Of a stretch of 64,000 nt of DNA, positions 8,976 to 18,723 are shown one piece after another. Both the position numbers and the translations under genes were made by a program. Source of the DNA: Thermoproteota archaeon (GTDB taxonomy: Archaea > Thermoproteota > Methanomethylicia > Methanomethylicales > Methanomethylicaceae); the NCBI GenBank assembly GCA_016882195.1, contig VGLU01000004.1, positions 5,572-69,571 on the forward strand. The letters run 5' to 3'. Position 1 is the first letter of the stretch. Each line of letters opens with the position of its first letter. A model generated the notes under the pieces. That model did no database searches, had not been told where the DNA came from, and was given only the letters and a program-made list of their open reading frames with translations.

Positions 8976-10203
8976 TGCCTGGAGAGAGAGGTTCAGGATG
9001 CGAGCCCTCCAAGCTGTGACGAAGAGGGCACCCTATGGGAACGACATTGACTTGAGCGAGTTCATACAGACGGGCAGGATCGCCACAACCATCCCCGAGG
9101 ATGTGAAGAGGAAGAGTCTGGAGGTGGGCGTGGACGTGGGTGAGGTCAAGAGCGGAACCTACTTCCAGCTGGATCACTCCGTTCTCCTCAGCCGGCTGGC
9201 ATCGAGGATAAAGGGGCTGGAGCTCATGCCCGCAGACCTCGCCCTCGGCAAGTATGAGTGGCTGAGGGGGTACTACTGGAAGGCGCTCTCCGTGGAGCAG
9301 GACAAGTACACGGCCATGGCGGAGCTGAGGCAGACGAAGGGCTACTTCATAAGGTCGGCAGCGAACGAGAGGATAGAACGCCCGGTGCAGGCGTGCCTCT
9401 TCATCGATACTGAGGGGGTCCTGCAGGCACCACACAACATAATCATTGCGGAGGAGGGCTCAGAGCTGAACATAATAACTGGGTGCACTGTCGGTAATAG
9501 GACAAAGAGGGCAGCACACTTGGGGATAAGCGAGTTCTACGTCAAGAAGAATGCCACCGTCATATTCACCATGATCCACAGCTGGGGGGAGGAGACCTAC
9601 ATAAGACCGAGGACGGCTGCCATCGTCGAGGAGGGCGGGACCTTCATATCGAACTACATCCTGATCAAGCCAGTCAGGGATATTCAGAGCTACCCCACGG
9701 CCTACCTGACGGGCAGGAAGGCCAAGGCAAAGTTCAATACAATTATTTACGCAAGCAAGGACTCCATAATAGACTTGGGCAACAGGATAATACTCATGGA
9801 GGAGGAAACCTCTGGGGAGTCCATCTTCAAGGTCGTGGCCACCGGGACGGCGAAGGTCTACAACAGGGGGCAGATGATAGGCCAGAGCAAGAATACCAAG
9901 GGGCACCTCGAGTGCAGGGGGCTGATGCTCTGCCCCACTGCCTCCATAACCGCCATACCAGAGCTCATAGCCGAGCACTCGGACACCGAGCTCTCTCACG
10001 AGGCAGCGATAGGTAAGCTGCAGGAGGAGCAACTCAACTACCTGATGTCGAGGGGCATACAGCCCGACCAAGCGATAGGCATACTGGTCAAAGGGTTCTT
10101 GGATCCGGGGTTGCCCGGTCTGCCGGAGAGTCTGCAGGCGGATATCAGGAGCAGGCTCTCCCTGTTGGACAGGAGCGGTGGCGGTAAGAAGGAGCCGTGT
10201 TAA
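8968..10203 (+). CDS. sufB: Fe-S cluster assembly protein of the SufB/SufD family
   Basis: ~410 aa directly downstream of and overlapping sufC (ATG at 8968 inside the sufC stop region). Matches the SufBD beta-helix family pattern. Confidence 0.8.
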   Translation: MDDAWRERFRMRALQAVTKRAPYGNDIDLSEFIQTGRIATTIPEDVKRKSLEVGVDVGEVKSGTYFQLDHSVLLSRLASRIKGLELMPADLALGKYEWLRGYYWKALSVEQDKYTAMAELRQTKGYFIRSAANERIERPVQACLFIDTEGVLQAPHNIIIAEEGSELNIITGCTVGNRTKRAAHLGISEFYVKKNATVIFTMIHSWGEETYIRPRTAAIVEEGGTFISNYILIKPVRDIQSYPTAYLTGRKAKAKFNTIIYASKDSIIDLGNRIILMEEETSGESIFKVVATGTAKVYNRGQMIGQSKNTKGHLECRGLMLCPTASITAIPELIAEHSDTELSHEAAIGKLQEEQLNYLMSRGIQPDQAIGILVKGFLDPGLPGLPESLQADIRSRLSLLDRSGGGKKEPC

Positions 10204-10244
10204 CACCCAAAGTGAAATCCAGCAGGGCGAGGCAAAATAGCGCC

Positions 10245-11210
10245 CTATGAGAGGAGTACGTCGCCCGAGTATACCTTCTTCCTGCCCTCCTTTGTCTCCA
10301 CTATGAGTGAGCCATCGTCATCAATATCCACTGCCCGACCGCTAATGGAGGCTCCAAACGACTGGACAGTTACAGCCCGCCCTATGGTGCAGGACATCAA
10401 CCTCCAGGCATTGAGCACCCTTTGGAACCCTCCCTTTGCGGCCGAGAGGTACAGGCGCTCAGAGTCCTCAAGGATTCGGCAGAGGAGGTCTGCCCTGTCC
10501 ACCCGGCGGTTCAGAGCATCGTATACGGAGGTCGAGGAGGAACGGATATCGTCCGGCAGATCGCGGGAGGAGAAGTTGACGTTCAGCCCGATGCCGACCA
10601 ACACGTACTCGACCCTGTCCGGCTCTCCAGAGGTCTCCAGCAGGATGCCGCAGATCTTCTTGCCGTTCACTAGGACGTCGTTGGGCCATTTCAGGCAGGG
10701 CCTCAGGCCGTAGGATTCTAAGGCCCTCGCCACGGAGACGCCGAACAGTAGCGTGAGTTTGTACAGTTCCCCCATCGGGGCTGAGGGCCTCAGCAGAAGT
10801 GTGAACCATAGTCCGCCCTTGGGTGAGGACCACGCCCGGCTCATCCTTCCCTTTCCTGCCGTCTGCTCCAACGCCACTATGATCGTCCCTTCAAGGGCAC
10901 CCGCATCAGCCAATTTACGCCCGTAGTTTTGGGTGGAGTCCACGCTCTCCAAGGTGGTGACCTCCCTCCCGAATGTGGTGGATTTTGCCTTCATCCTTAT
11001 CTCCAAAGGAAGCAGACCGTCTAACCTAGGCAGTAATCGGTAGCCCTTTCCCCGAACGGATTCTATCGAGTAGCCGTCACTCCTTAAACCCCTGATGCGT
11101 TTGAAGACAGCGGTTCTTGATACTCCTACTTTGCGGGCGATCTTTTCACCTGAGACGAAGGTCCCTCTTGTCAGGAGATCGTCTATGATTTTGGAGGGCA
11201 AAACTATCAC
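10245..11210 (-). CDS. birA: bifunctional biotin-protein ligase/repressor BirA
   Basis: N-terminal HTH followed by a BPL domain (GKGRMSRAWSSPKGGLWFTLLLRP). Confidence 0.85.
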   Translation of the reverse strand: MIVLPSKIIDDLLTRGTFVSGEKIARKVGVSRTAVFKRIRGLRSDGYSIESVRGKGYRLLPRLDGLLPLEIRMKAKSTTFGREVTTLESVDSTQNYGRKLADAGALEGTIIVALEQTAGKGRMSRAWSSPKGGLWFTLLLRPSAPMGELYKLTLLFGVSVARALESYGLRPCLKWPNDVLVNGKKICGILLETSGEPDRVEYVLVGIGLNVNFSSRDLPDDIRSSSTSVYDALNRRVDRADLLCRILEDSERLYLSAAKGGFQRVLNAWRLMSCTIGRAVTVQSFGASISGRAVDIDDDGSLIVETKEGRKKVYSGDVLLS

Positions 11211-11265
11211 AAAAACATGAGGCGGGCCGTGGGATTAAGCTTGTGCTCCCACGACCAAGACCACT

Positions 11266-12471
11266 TCAGGTTATGCCTTCTCTCTTCAACTCGTCACACT
11301 GGTCCTTTGTGTAGCCCAAGAGGCTTGTTAGGATCTCCTCGTTGTTCTGTCCCAGTAGAGGCGCGGGCGTGAAGGTCTTTATCGGAGTCTCCGAGAACTT
11401 TATCGGACATCCTGCCACCCTTACCTTGCCGTACTGTGGCTGGTCTAGTTCCACGATCATCTCTCTTGCTTTGACGTGCTCGTCCTCAACAGCCTCCCCC
11501 ACGTTGTACACCGGGGCGGACGGGACATCATTTGCGAGGAGGAGCTTTGCGATCTCCCACCTCGTCTTGTCCCTCGTGTACTCCTCTATCAGGGTCTTCA
11601 GCGTAGCCTCGTTCTTTAGCCTGAGGTCGTTGGTGGCGAACCTTGGATCGTTTGTCCACTCAGACTTCCCTATGGCAGGGCAGAAGCGCCTCCAGATCCC
11701 TTCGTTGCCAACGGCTATTACAACGTATCCGTCCTTTGCCTTGAATATGTCGAACGGCGTTATTGAGGGGTGCTTTGCGCCTATCCGGGTCGGAACCTTG
11801 TGCTCCAGGGTGTACCGTATAACCGCGTTCTCGAGGACGGCAAGCATGGAATCCACCTGGGCGACATCTACCTTCTGACCCTTTCCGGTTGCATCGCGGT
11901 ACCTAAGCGCCGCGAGTATCCCAATGGTGAGAAACAGTCCTGATATGATGTCCCCTATGGAGGATCCTGCCCTCACCGGCGGCTTGTCAGGCCAGCCGTT
12001 CAAGTCCATAAAGCCGCCCATGGCCTGACCTATGATGTCGTAGCTGGGCCACTGGCTGTAGGGACCGTAATGACCGAAACCAGAGCCGCAGGCGTATATC
12101 AGCCTCGGGTTGACCTTTCTTAGTTCCTCGTAGCCTATCCCCCACTCGTCCATCGTGCCCGGCTTGAAGTTCTCTAATAGAACGTCGCTCTTCTTCGCCA
12201 GTTCTTTGAGGATCTCTTTGGCTTTGGGGCTCTTCAGGTTGAGCGTGAGGTCCTTGTGGTTTCTGTGCAGGCTAACGAAGTATCCGCTCTTATCCGGTCC
12301 TTGGACATTGGGGAAGAAGGGCCCCCATTCTCTGCTCATGTCGCCAAAATTTGGCCTCTCGACCTTGATAACCTCTGCACCCAAGTCTGCTAGGACCATG
12401 CCGCAATATGGTCCGAAGAGGGCGCCAGTTAGGCTTAATACGCGAATACCTTCAAGTGGTCTCTTCAACAT
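11266..12471 (-). CDS. family III CoA-transferase (CaiB/BaiF)
   Basis: IRVLSLTGALFGPYCGMVLADLGAEVIKVERP N-terminus and ~400 aa length. Confidence 0.8.
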   Translation of the reverse strand: MLKRPLEGIRVLSLTGALFGPYCGMVLADLGAEVIKVERPNFGDMSREWGPFFPNVQGPDKSGYFVSLHRNHKDLTLNLKSPKAKEILKELAKKSDVLLENFKPGTMDEWGIGYEELRKVNPRLIYACGSGFGHYGPYSQWPSYDIIGQAMGGFMDLNGWPDKPPVRAGSSIGDIISGLFLTIGILAALRYRDATGKGQKVDVAQVDSMLAVLENAVIRYTLEHKVPTRIGAKHPSITPFDIFKAKDGYVVIAVGNEGIWRRFCPAIGKSEWTNDPRFATNDLRLKNEATLKTLIEEYTRDKTRWEIAKLLLANDVPSAPVYNVGEAVEDEHVKAREMIVELDQPQYGKVRVAGCPIKFSETPIKTFTPAPLLGQNNEEILTSLLGYTKDQCDELKREGIT

Positions 12472-12530
12472 AATTCTCTCCTATGATAAAGCCGAATGAT
12501 TCGCCATATAAATAAAAATTACGGAAAATT

Positions 12531-12925
12531 GTTCTGTAAAGACTTCGTCGGATTTAAATACCTAATCTAATTGCGGGGGCGAGGCGAAAGGAGGCTACAG
12601 GGCTGATCCTAGGCTCATTTCAATTAATTGACTGCAGCGAAACGAGGAATCGCATCAACTGTACGCCCGATATGTGGGGAGAGACTCCTGAATGGGCAAG
12701 GTTGCCGTATGAGGCGTTCATACGGAATGGAGGCAGACGGGGACGCGGTTGCCATGATGAAACAGCCCTGAGGGGGCGGTTGAGGTTCGACCGTTCCCTG
12801 CCTTTAAACGATAAGGCGAAAGGCTGGGCAGTTGAAGCGGTGAGGGGGAACCCGACGACTACGGTAATCCTCGGAGCTGATGCCCCGAAGTCGACTGTTC
12901 GCCAAACGGAGAGTTGACAGAACCC
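12531..12925 (+). mobile_element. MITE-like internally deleted derivative of the TnpB IS (left end + tnpB 3' end + right end, no nuclease ORF)
   Basis: Left-end motif TGTAAAG..TCGTCGGATTTAAATAC matches 42008-42036 upstream of the full copy. Positions 12660-12925 match the tnpB zinc-finger region and right end of 43007-43273. The only ORF is an 81-aa frame-degraded remnant. Confidence 0.55.
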
Positions 12926-13012
12926 GGAAAATGCTGTTTAACGGCTCATGGCGCTCTGGATGAGCGGGATTAGGGAAGGCTGCCAAAAAATTAGATGAAA
13001 AAAGAAAGGAGG

Positions 13013-14596
13013 TTATACAGGGATGTTTCCGTGCCTCTTGGGAGCTCTGGGCTGGAGGTCTCTCTTTGACACAAAACTTTCCAGAGCCTTGATGAGCATT
13101 GGTCTTGTCTCTTTGGGCGAGATCACGGAGTCCACATAGCCCATCTGCGAGGCGATGTATGGATTCGCGAACTTGTTCCTGTAGTCTGCCACGAGTTTGT
13201 TTGTGATCTCCTTTACCTCTTCTGGGGTCTTCGCCTTCATGAGCTCGTTCCTGTGGATTATCTCGACCGCGCCCTCAGGGCCCATCACCGCTATCTCGGC
13301 CGTTGGCCACGCAAAGACTACGTCAGCGCCTAGGTGCCTGCTACACATCGCGATGTAGCCACCTCCGTACGCCTTCCTCATGATCACGGTTAGCTTTGGC
13401 ACGGAGGCCTCGGAGTAGGCATAGATTACCTTGGCACCGTGTCTGATCACACCGCCGTGCTCCTGCTTCGTACCCGGGAGGTAGCCCGGAACGTCCACAA
13501 ATGTTACGAGCGGAAGGTTGAAGGCGTCACACGTCCTCACGAACCTGGCTATCTTGTCGGACGAGTCGATATCAAGGCATCCGGCGTAGACCATGGGCTG
13601 GTTTGCGATCACGCCCACGGATCTACCGTTGAGCCTAGCTAATCCTACGACTGCGTTGGGGGCGAACTGGGCCTGGGCCTCGTAGAACGAGCCCTTGTCA
13701 AATATGTGGTTTATAACGTCGTGCACATCGTAGGGCTTCTTAGGATCTACTGGAACGACCTCGTTCAGCTCCTCCTCCATCCTGTCCGGAGGATCCGCGC
13801 TCTCCATTATGGGTGCGTCGTCCATGTTGTTGGATGGCAGGTAGCTCATCAGGTTCCTGATCTGCTTTAGGCACTCCTCATCGCTGTCGACTGCAAAGTG
13901 GGCAACGCCGCTGAGTTTCGCGTGAGCGTCCGCGCCACCCAGAGCCTCGAAGGTCACGTCCTCACCAATGGCGGCCTTGACCACCTTCGGACCGGTGATG
14001 AACATATAGCTTGTCTTTCTTACCATGAAGATGAAGTCCGCGAGGGCTGGGGAGTAGACGGCACCACCGGCGCAGGGACCCATTATGGCAATGATCTGAG
14101 GGATGACGGCCGATGCCATTACATTCCTGTAGAAGATCTCGCCGTACCCAGCCAAGGAATGTATACCCTCCTGGATCCTCGCACCGCCCGAGTCGTTCAG
14201 ACCGATGCACGGGGCTCCAGCCTTCATTGCCATGTCCTGGATCTTTGCGATCTTCTTGGCATGCATCTCGCTGAGAGAGCCACCGACGAAGGTGAAGTCC
14301 TGCGAGTAGACAAAGACAGGCCTGCCATTGATGGTGCCGTACCCTGTCACCACCGCGTCGCCGAGGACGCGCTTCTTGTCCATATCGAAGTCGTGGCACC
14401 TGTGCACGACGAGCTGATCTACCTCCGCAAAGCTACCGGGGTCGAGGAGCTTCTCCAGACGCTCCCTTGCCGTGAGCTTTCCACCCTTGTGTTGCTTCTC
14501 GATGGCCTCGGCTCCTCCACCGAGTCTTGCCTTCTCCTTGAGATCGTTCAGTTCCTTAAATTTATCAGAGAGGGGAGGGGGTGACATATCTAACAC
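13013..14596 (-). CDS. pccB: acyl-CoA carboxylase carboxyltransferase subunit (propionyl-/acetyl-CoA carboxylase beta, PccB/AccD-like)
   Basis: 527 aa with LARLNGRSVGVIANQP and ...GGARIQEG...SQDFTFVGGSL motifs. Confidence 0.85.
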   Translation of the reverse strand: MLDMSPPPLSDKFKELNDLKEKARLGGGAEAIEKQHKGGKLTARERLEKLLDPGSFAEVDQLVVHRCHDFDMDKKRVLGDAVVTGYGTINGRPVFVYSQDFTFVGGSLSEMHAKKIAKIQDMAMKAGAPCIGLNDSGGARIQEGIHSLAGYGEIFYRNVMASAVIPQIIAIMGPCAGGAVYSPALADFIFMVRKTSYMFITGPKVVKAAIGEDVTFEALGGADAHAKLSGVAHFAVDSDEECLKQIRNLMSYLPSNNMDDAPIMESADPPDRMEEELNEVVPVDPKKPYDVHDVINHIFDKGSFYEAQAQFAPNAVVGLARLNGRSVGVIANQPMVYAGCLDIDSSDKIARFVRTCDAFNLPLVTFVDVPGYLPGTKQEHGGVIRHGAKVIYAYSEASVPKLTVIMRKAYGGGYIAMCSRHLGADVVFAWPTAEIAVMGPEGAVEIIHRNELMKAKTPEEVKEITNKLVADYRNKFANPYIASQMGYVDSVISPKETRPMLIKALESFVSKRDLQPRAPKRHGNIPV

Positions 14597-14617
14597 TCCT
14601 TTGTTTATCTCACCATA

Positions 14618-15091
14618 TTACTCTATCACTATCAGCGGATCTCCTACGTTCACGAACTTGCCTGGCTGTACCATGATCTCCTTCACCTTTCCAGCCCTGT
14701 TGGACTTTATGGGGTTCTCCATCTTCATCGTCTCAAGGGCCATCACGACGTCTCCGGCCTTAACGGCGTCTCCGGCCTTTACCTTGATGGTCATGACTGT
14801 GCCAGGCATCGCTGCCTTGATGGCACCGCCGACTGCCGCTGCCGCTCCTGGTACTCCGGTTACTGTACCGCCGACTGCCGCTGCCGCTTTTGGACCTCCT
14901 GCTACCGTAGTGCCTGAAGAGGTGACCGCCGTCTGAGGTGAGGGCAATAGCATATCAGCGACGCTTATCCTGAAGGTCTCGTCGTTGACCTTGACGTCAT
15001 AGAGACCGTACGCCCTCTCGCTGATGTCTATGCTGTAGTGGGCGTTCCCGATGCTGAGTTTGAATTTGTTTGTTCTTGACACTGCCCGCAC
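14618..15091 (-). CDS. accB: biotin carboxyl carrier protein
   Basis: C-terminal biotinyl domain GDVVMALETMKMENPIKS. Confidence 0.8.
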   Translation of the reverse strand: MRAVSRTNKFKLSIGNAHYSIDISERAYGLYDVKVNDETFRISVADMLLPSPQTAVTSSGTTVAGGPKAAAAVGGTVTGVPGAAAAVGGAIKAAMPGTVMTIKVKAGDAVKAGDVVMALETMKMENPIKSNRAGKVKEIMVQPGKFVNVGDPLIVIE

Positions 15092-15094
15092 TCT

Positions 15095-16678
15095 CTATCT
15101 TGCATTTTTCACCCTGTCAGAGATGACCCAACCGCTGCTGACCAGCTGCCTCTGGGGTTTGCTCTGTATGTAGGAGGCGATTGCAGCAGCGATGGCCACG
15201 GTCTTCTTGTCGGCCACCGCACCACCGGTCTGTGCACCCTCTTCAGTCCTCGGCTGTATCTTGCTCAAGACGTTCACCTTGCTCTTTCTCCAGACCTCAT
15301 CCTCCTCGTACTGGACCTTCACCCTCTCCAGTATGTTTCTGTCCTGTATGAACTCCGTGTGGATGTTGCCCTTGATGAACTCCTCGTCGTTCATCACGAC
15401 CTTGTGGAATGGTATGACCGTCTGTATGCCCTCGATCACGAACTCGCTTAGTGCGCGCCTCATCCTCGCAATGCATTCATCACGGTTGTTGCCCCACGTG
15501 AGCAGCTTGACTGCCAGTGAGTCGTAGAATGGAGGTATGGTATAGCCGGCGTATATGCCGCTATCTACCCTCACACCTATTCCGCCAGGCTCTATGTAAT
15601 TAGTTATCAGCCCGATTGAGGGCACGAAGTCGTTCAGCGGATCCTCCGCATTGATGCGGCACTCCATTGCGTGCCCTGTTACCCTGATCTCCTCCTGCTT
15701 GAGGGAGAGCGCCTCGCCCGAGGCGATCTTGTACTGCTCCTTCACGATATCAATGCCCGTCACCATCTCCGTTACAGGGTGCTCGACCTGGAGCCGGCTG
15801 TTGACCTCGAGGAAGTAGAAGGCGCGGTCCTTGTCGGAGTAGAGGAACTCGCACGTCCCTGCATTCTCGTAGCCTGCCACCTTGGCGACCTTCACGGCCG
15901 TCTCGCCCATTCTTCTTCTCAGGTCTGGGTCCACGTACATTACGGGGGATGGCGCCTCCTCGATGAGCTTCTGGTGCCTCCTCTGGATGGAGCACTCCCT
16001 TTCTCCGAGGTAGATCACGTTGCCCTTCTTGTCCGCGAGTATCTGGATCTCGATGTGCCTCGGCCTCTCCAAGTACTTCTCGATGTAGACCTCTGGCCTC
16101 GAGAACGCGGATGCCGCAAGCCTCTGCGCCTTCTTGATGGCCTCTAGAAGCTCGTCCTTTGACCTGCAGACCTGCATCCCTATGCCCCCACCGCCGCCCG
16201 TCGGCTTGACCATAACGGGATAACCGGTCTCCTCCGCCACCTGGAGAGCGTCCTTGTCGTCCTGAATCGCGTCAAGCGCGCCTGGAACGATGGGTATGCC
16301 CGCCTTCTTCATTGATCGCCTCGCGCCCAATTTATCGCCCAAGAGCTCCTGCGCGGTGGCCTTGGGGCCGATGAACTCTAAGCCCGCCTCGCCGCACAAC
16401 CTCACGAACTTCGCGTTCTGCGCCAAGAACCCGTAGCCTGGGTGAATGCCCTCTGCGCCAGTCTTTTTGGCCACCTCAATTATCTTTTCCATCCTGAGGT
16501 AACTCTGTGCCGCCGGCCCTGGACCGATTAGGTGAGCCTCATCTGCATAGTATACAAATTTGGCGTTGGCGTCTGCCTCGGAGTAAATGGCAACGGTCTT
16601 TATACCCATCTCATTGGCCGCCCTTATGGTGCGAAGTGCGATCTCGCCCCTGTTGGCAACGAGTATCTTCTTCAGCAA
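15095..16678 (-). CDS. accC: biotin carboxylase with ~70-aa C-terminal extension
   Basis: MLKKILVANRGEIALRTIRAANEMGI...HPGYGFLAQNAKF ATP-grasp signature. Confidence 0.9.
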   Translation of the reverse strand: MLKKILVANRGEIALRTIRAANEMGIKTVAIYSEADANAKFVYYADEAHLIGPGPAAQSYLRMEKIIEVAKKTGAEGIHPGYGFLAQNAKFVRLCGEAGLEFIGPKATAQELLGDKLGARRSMKKAGIPIVPGALDAIQDDKDALQVAEETGYPVMVKPTGGGGGIGMQVCRSKDELLEAIKKAQRLAASAFSRPEVYIEKYLERPRHIEIQILADKKGNVIYLGERECSIQRRHQKLIEEAPSPVMYVDPDLRRRMGETAVKVAKVAGYENAGTCEFLYSDKDRAFYFLEVNSRLQVEHPVTEMVTGIDIVKEQYKIASGEALSLKQEEIRVTGHAMECRINAEDPLNDFVPSIGLITNYIEPGGIGVRVDSGIYAGYTIPPFYDSLAVKLLTWGNNRDECIARMRRALSEFVIEGIQTVIPFHKVVMNDEEFIKGNIHTEFIQDRNILERVKVQYEEDEVWRKSKVNVLSKIQPRTEEGAQTGGAVADKKTVAIAAAIASYIQSKPQRQLVSSGWVISDRVKNAR

Positions 16679-16722
16679 TGATGGTCTCCTCTTAATCCAA
16701 GTTGCGTTAAAATGATTCGCGA

Positions 16723-16732
16723 AATATATAAC
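16723..16732 (-). promoter_or_regulatory. candidate TATA box for the acc operon
   Basis: AAATATATAA about 45-55 nt upstream of the accC start. Confidence 0.3.
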
Positions 16733-16905
16733 TTTTATCCAACGGAGGCTTCTCTTTAAGATTGAGGCGTCAGTCCGCCCATCAGTCTCTCACAGCGCGA
16801 GCTCAAGAGACCATCGTTACTTCATCCGCCACCTTATAGAAGGCATAGGTGGTTAAAAAACCCGCTGAGAAGCAGCATCACTACAGATTATGTTAACGAG
16901 AAATA

Positions 16906-17604
16906 TCAGAGTTCGAGTGCATTTACCAGCTCATTTATGCCCTCGCCTTTTTTTGCGCTTGTCACCACGACCTTCATCTTAGGATTCGCGTCGAGGGCGT
17001 CCTTCACAAGCTGGTTTGTGTCTACATCCATGTAGCCTGCCATGTCCTTCTTGTTGATTACGCCCACCTGGGCGGCCCTGAATATATCCTGCTTCTTCTT
17101 GATCATGTACTCGCCCTCCGTGACGCTCACGACGACGACCCGCTTGTGCGCGCCCAGCGGGAACTCTGCGGGGCAGATCAGGTTCCCTACGTTCTCGATA
17201 AGTATCAGGTTGACCCCTTCCCGCAGCAACTTCTTGGAGGCCTTCCTGACGAGCGGGGCGTCAAGGTGGCACTCCCTGCCGGTGTTTATCTGCAGGGAGG
17301 GCACGCCGTGCCGGGACACCCGCTCCGCATCGATGGCCGTGGTGGTGTCACCAGCAATCACGCCCACCTTATACCTCCCCTTCAGCACCTCGACGAGCCT
17401 TTCGATGATTGAGGTCTTTCCGGACCCTATGGAACCCATGAAGTCTACGACCTTGACACCGTAGCGGTCAAAGGTCCTCCTGTTTAGGTCCGCCATCCTC
17501 TCGTTTGCCTTTATAAAGTCCTCCTCGAGCTCGATGTCCAGTACCTCGTCCTCGTCTGCCTTAATGATCATGGGCTTCGGCAAAATTGACACCAAAGTGA
17601 ACAC
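16906..17604 (-). CDS. hypB: HypB/UreG-family metallochaperone GTPase (HypB-like)
   Basis: P-loop GSIGSGKTS, ECHLDA, ENVGNLICPA motifs. Confidence 0.75.
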   Translation of the reverse strand: MFTLVSILPKPMIIKADEDEVLDIELEEDFIKANERMADLNRRTFDRYGVKVVDFMGSIGSGKTSIIERLVEVLKGRYKVGVIAGDTTTAIDAERVSRHGVPSLQINTGRECHLDAPLVRKASKKLLREGVNLILIENVGNLICPAEFPLGAHKRVVVVSVTEGEYMIKKKQDIFRAAQVGVINKKDMAGYMDVDTNQLVKDALDANPKMKVVVTSAKKGEGINELVNALEL

Positions 17605-17661
17605 CGCAAACAGGTTTATAATACCTGCGGTTTGATTCCGTCTTGGGAAAGGCGATTGGAA

Positions 17662-17916
17662 TCAGAGAGAAGCCCGACCTCTGTGGTGCAACAGCAGGCC
17701 CATTATCGTTAGTATGGCCATTATAACAACCAAGATCACTATTAGCGAAGACGGCTCGCCCCAGCCTATGAATACTGGAATTGGTCCTATGAAGATTACA
17801 ACGCCGCTCGCGCCTGTTGTTTCCGGCAAAGTGATGGCCCCCTGGAATAGTCCGGCTAGCACGAAAAGGATGCCCGCCGCGATAAGGATCAAGGACAGTT
17901 TGTCCACATGAACCAT
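17662..17916 (-). CDS. small membrane protein, paralog pair member 1
   Basis: 84 aa with two TM helices. Shares a GPIP(V/I)xIG motif with the adjacent gene. Confidence 0.45.
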   Translation of the reverse strand: MVHVDKLSLILIAAGILFVLAGLFQGAITLPETTGASGVVIFIGPIPVFIGWGEPSSLIVILVVIMAILTIMGLLLHHRGRASL

Positions 17917-17917
17917 T

Positions 17918-18130
17918 TCAGATCACAACCACGATCAGGAAGATCATGACCCCGATTAGAAGTAGCAGCTTTATGATCTTTGTACTGGTGCCTATTGCAA
18001 TGGGGATCGGGCCTATCATGATGAGGGCCCCGCCCTCCACCCTCCCCTTGCTCTTGAGCGCGAGCAGCATCAGACCTACGATGATAAGATATATCCCAAA
18101 AAAAATGAGGGCGAAAGGGTCGTATCCCAT
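17918..18130 (-). CDS. small membrane protein, paralog pair member 2
   Basis: 70 aa; motif IMIGPIPIAIG matches VIFIGPIPVFIG in its neighbour. Confidence 0.45.
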   Translation of the reverse strand: MGYDPFALIFFGIYLIIVGLMLLALKSKGRVEGGALIMIGPIPIAIGTSTKIIKLLLLIGVMIFLIVVVI

Positions 18131-18180
18131 ATGATCTGAGTGTCGATACGGCTGTATTAATTTTTTGCCAACGGTTCGTC

Positions 18181-18633
18181 TCAGATCTTTATGCCGACGT
18201 TCTCCTTTACTTCCTTGAGGACTATGGCGGTCTCTGTGCTGGAGACGCCCTCGACGGCACCTATAAGGTCTATTACCTTGGCGAGGGACTCCTTGTCGGC
18301 GATGTCCACCCTAAGGATCAGGTAGTATGGGCCGGTTACGTCGTAGGCCTCGGTGACCTCGCTCAGGTTTCTGACCACGTTGAGTACGTCAGAATACTTT
18401 CTGGGATCAGCCCTCACCAGTATGAATGCGGAGAGGCTCTTCCCGACCTTAGATGGGGAGATTATCGCCCTGAATGACTTTATGATGCCAACTTGCTGGA
18501 GGCGCCTCACCCTCAGGAATATGGTCGCCTCGCTTACGCCGGCCTCCTTTGCGATCTTTGAGAACGGGGCTCTCGCGTTCACCTGCAGGTTTTTGATGAT
18601 GAGCCTGTCCAGATCGTCAAACTCGGCTGACAT
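18181..18633 (-). CDS. Lrp/AsnC-family transcriptional regulator
   Basis: HTH LDRLIIKNLQVNARAPFSKIAKEAGVSEATIFLRVRRL plus a RAM domain. Confidence 0.8.
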   Translation of the reverse strand: MSAEFDDLDRLIIKNLQVNARAPFSKIAKEAGVSEATIFLRVRRLQQVGIIKSFRAIISPSKVGKSLSAFILVRADPRKYSDVLNVVRNLSEVTEAYDVTGPYYLILRVDIADKESLAKVIDLIGAVEGVSSTETAIVLKEVKENVGIKI

Positions 18634-18723
18634 TTTTGTCCCCCTAATATTATTTTTATGCGCCATAGACTATAATTAAACGTTTCCGTAATTTCATCGG
18701 CAATAAATAAAAAAGATTTAAGA

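Noticed and set aside
13898-14584. 228-aa plus-strand ORF
   Set aside because: It is antisense to the carboxyltransferase gene, with no motif.
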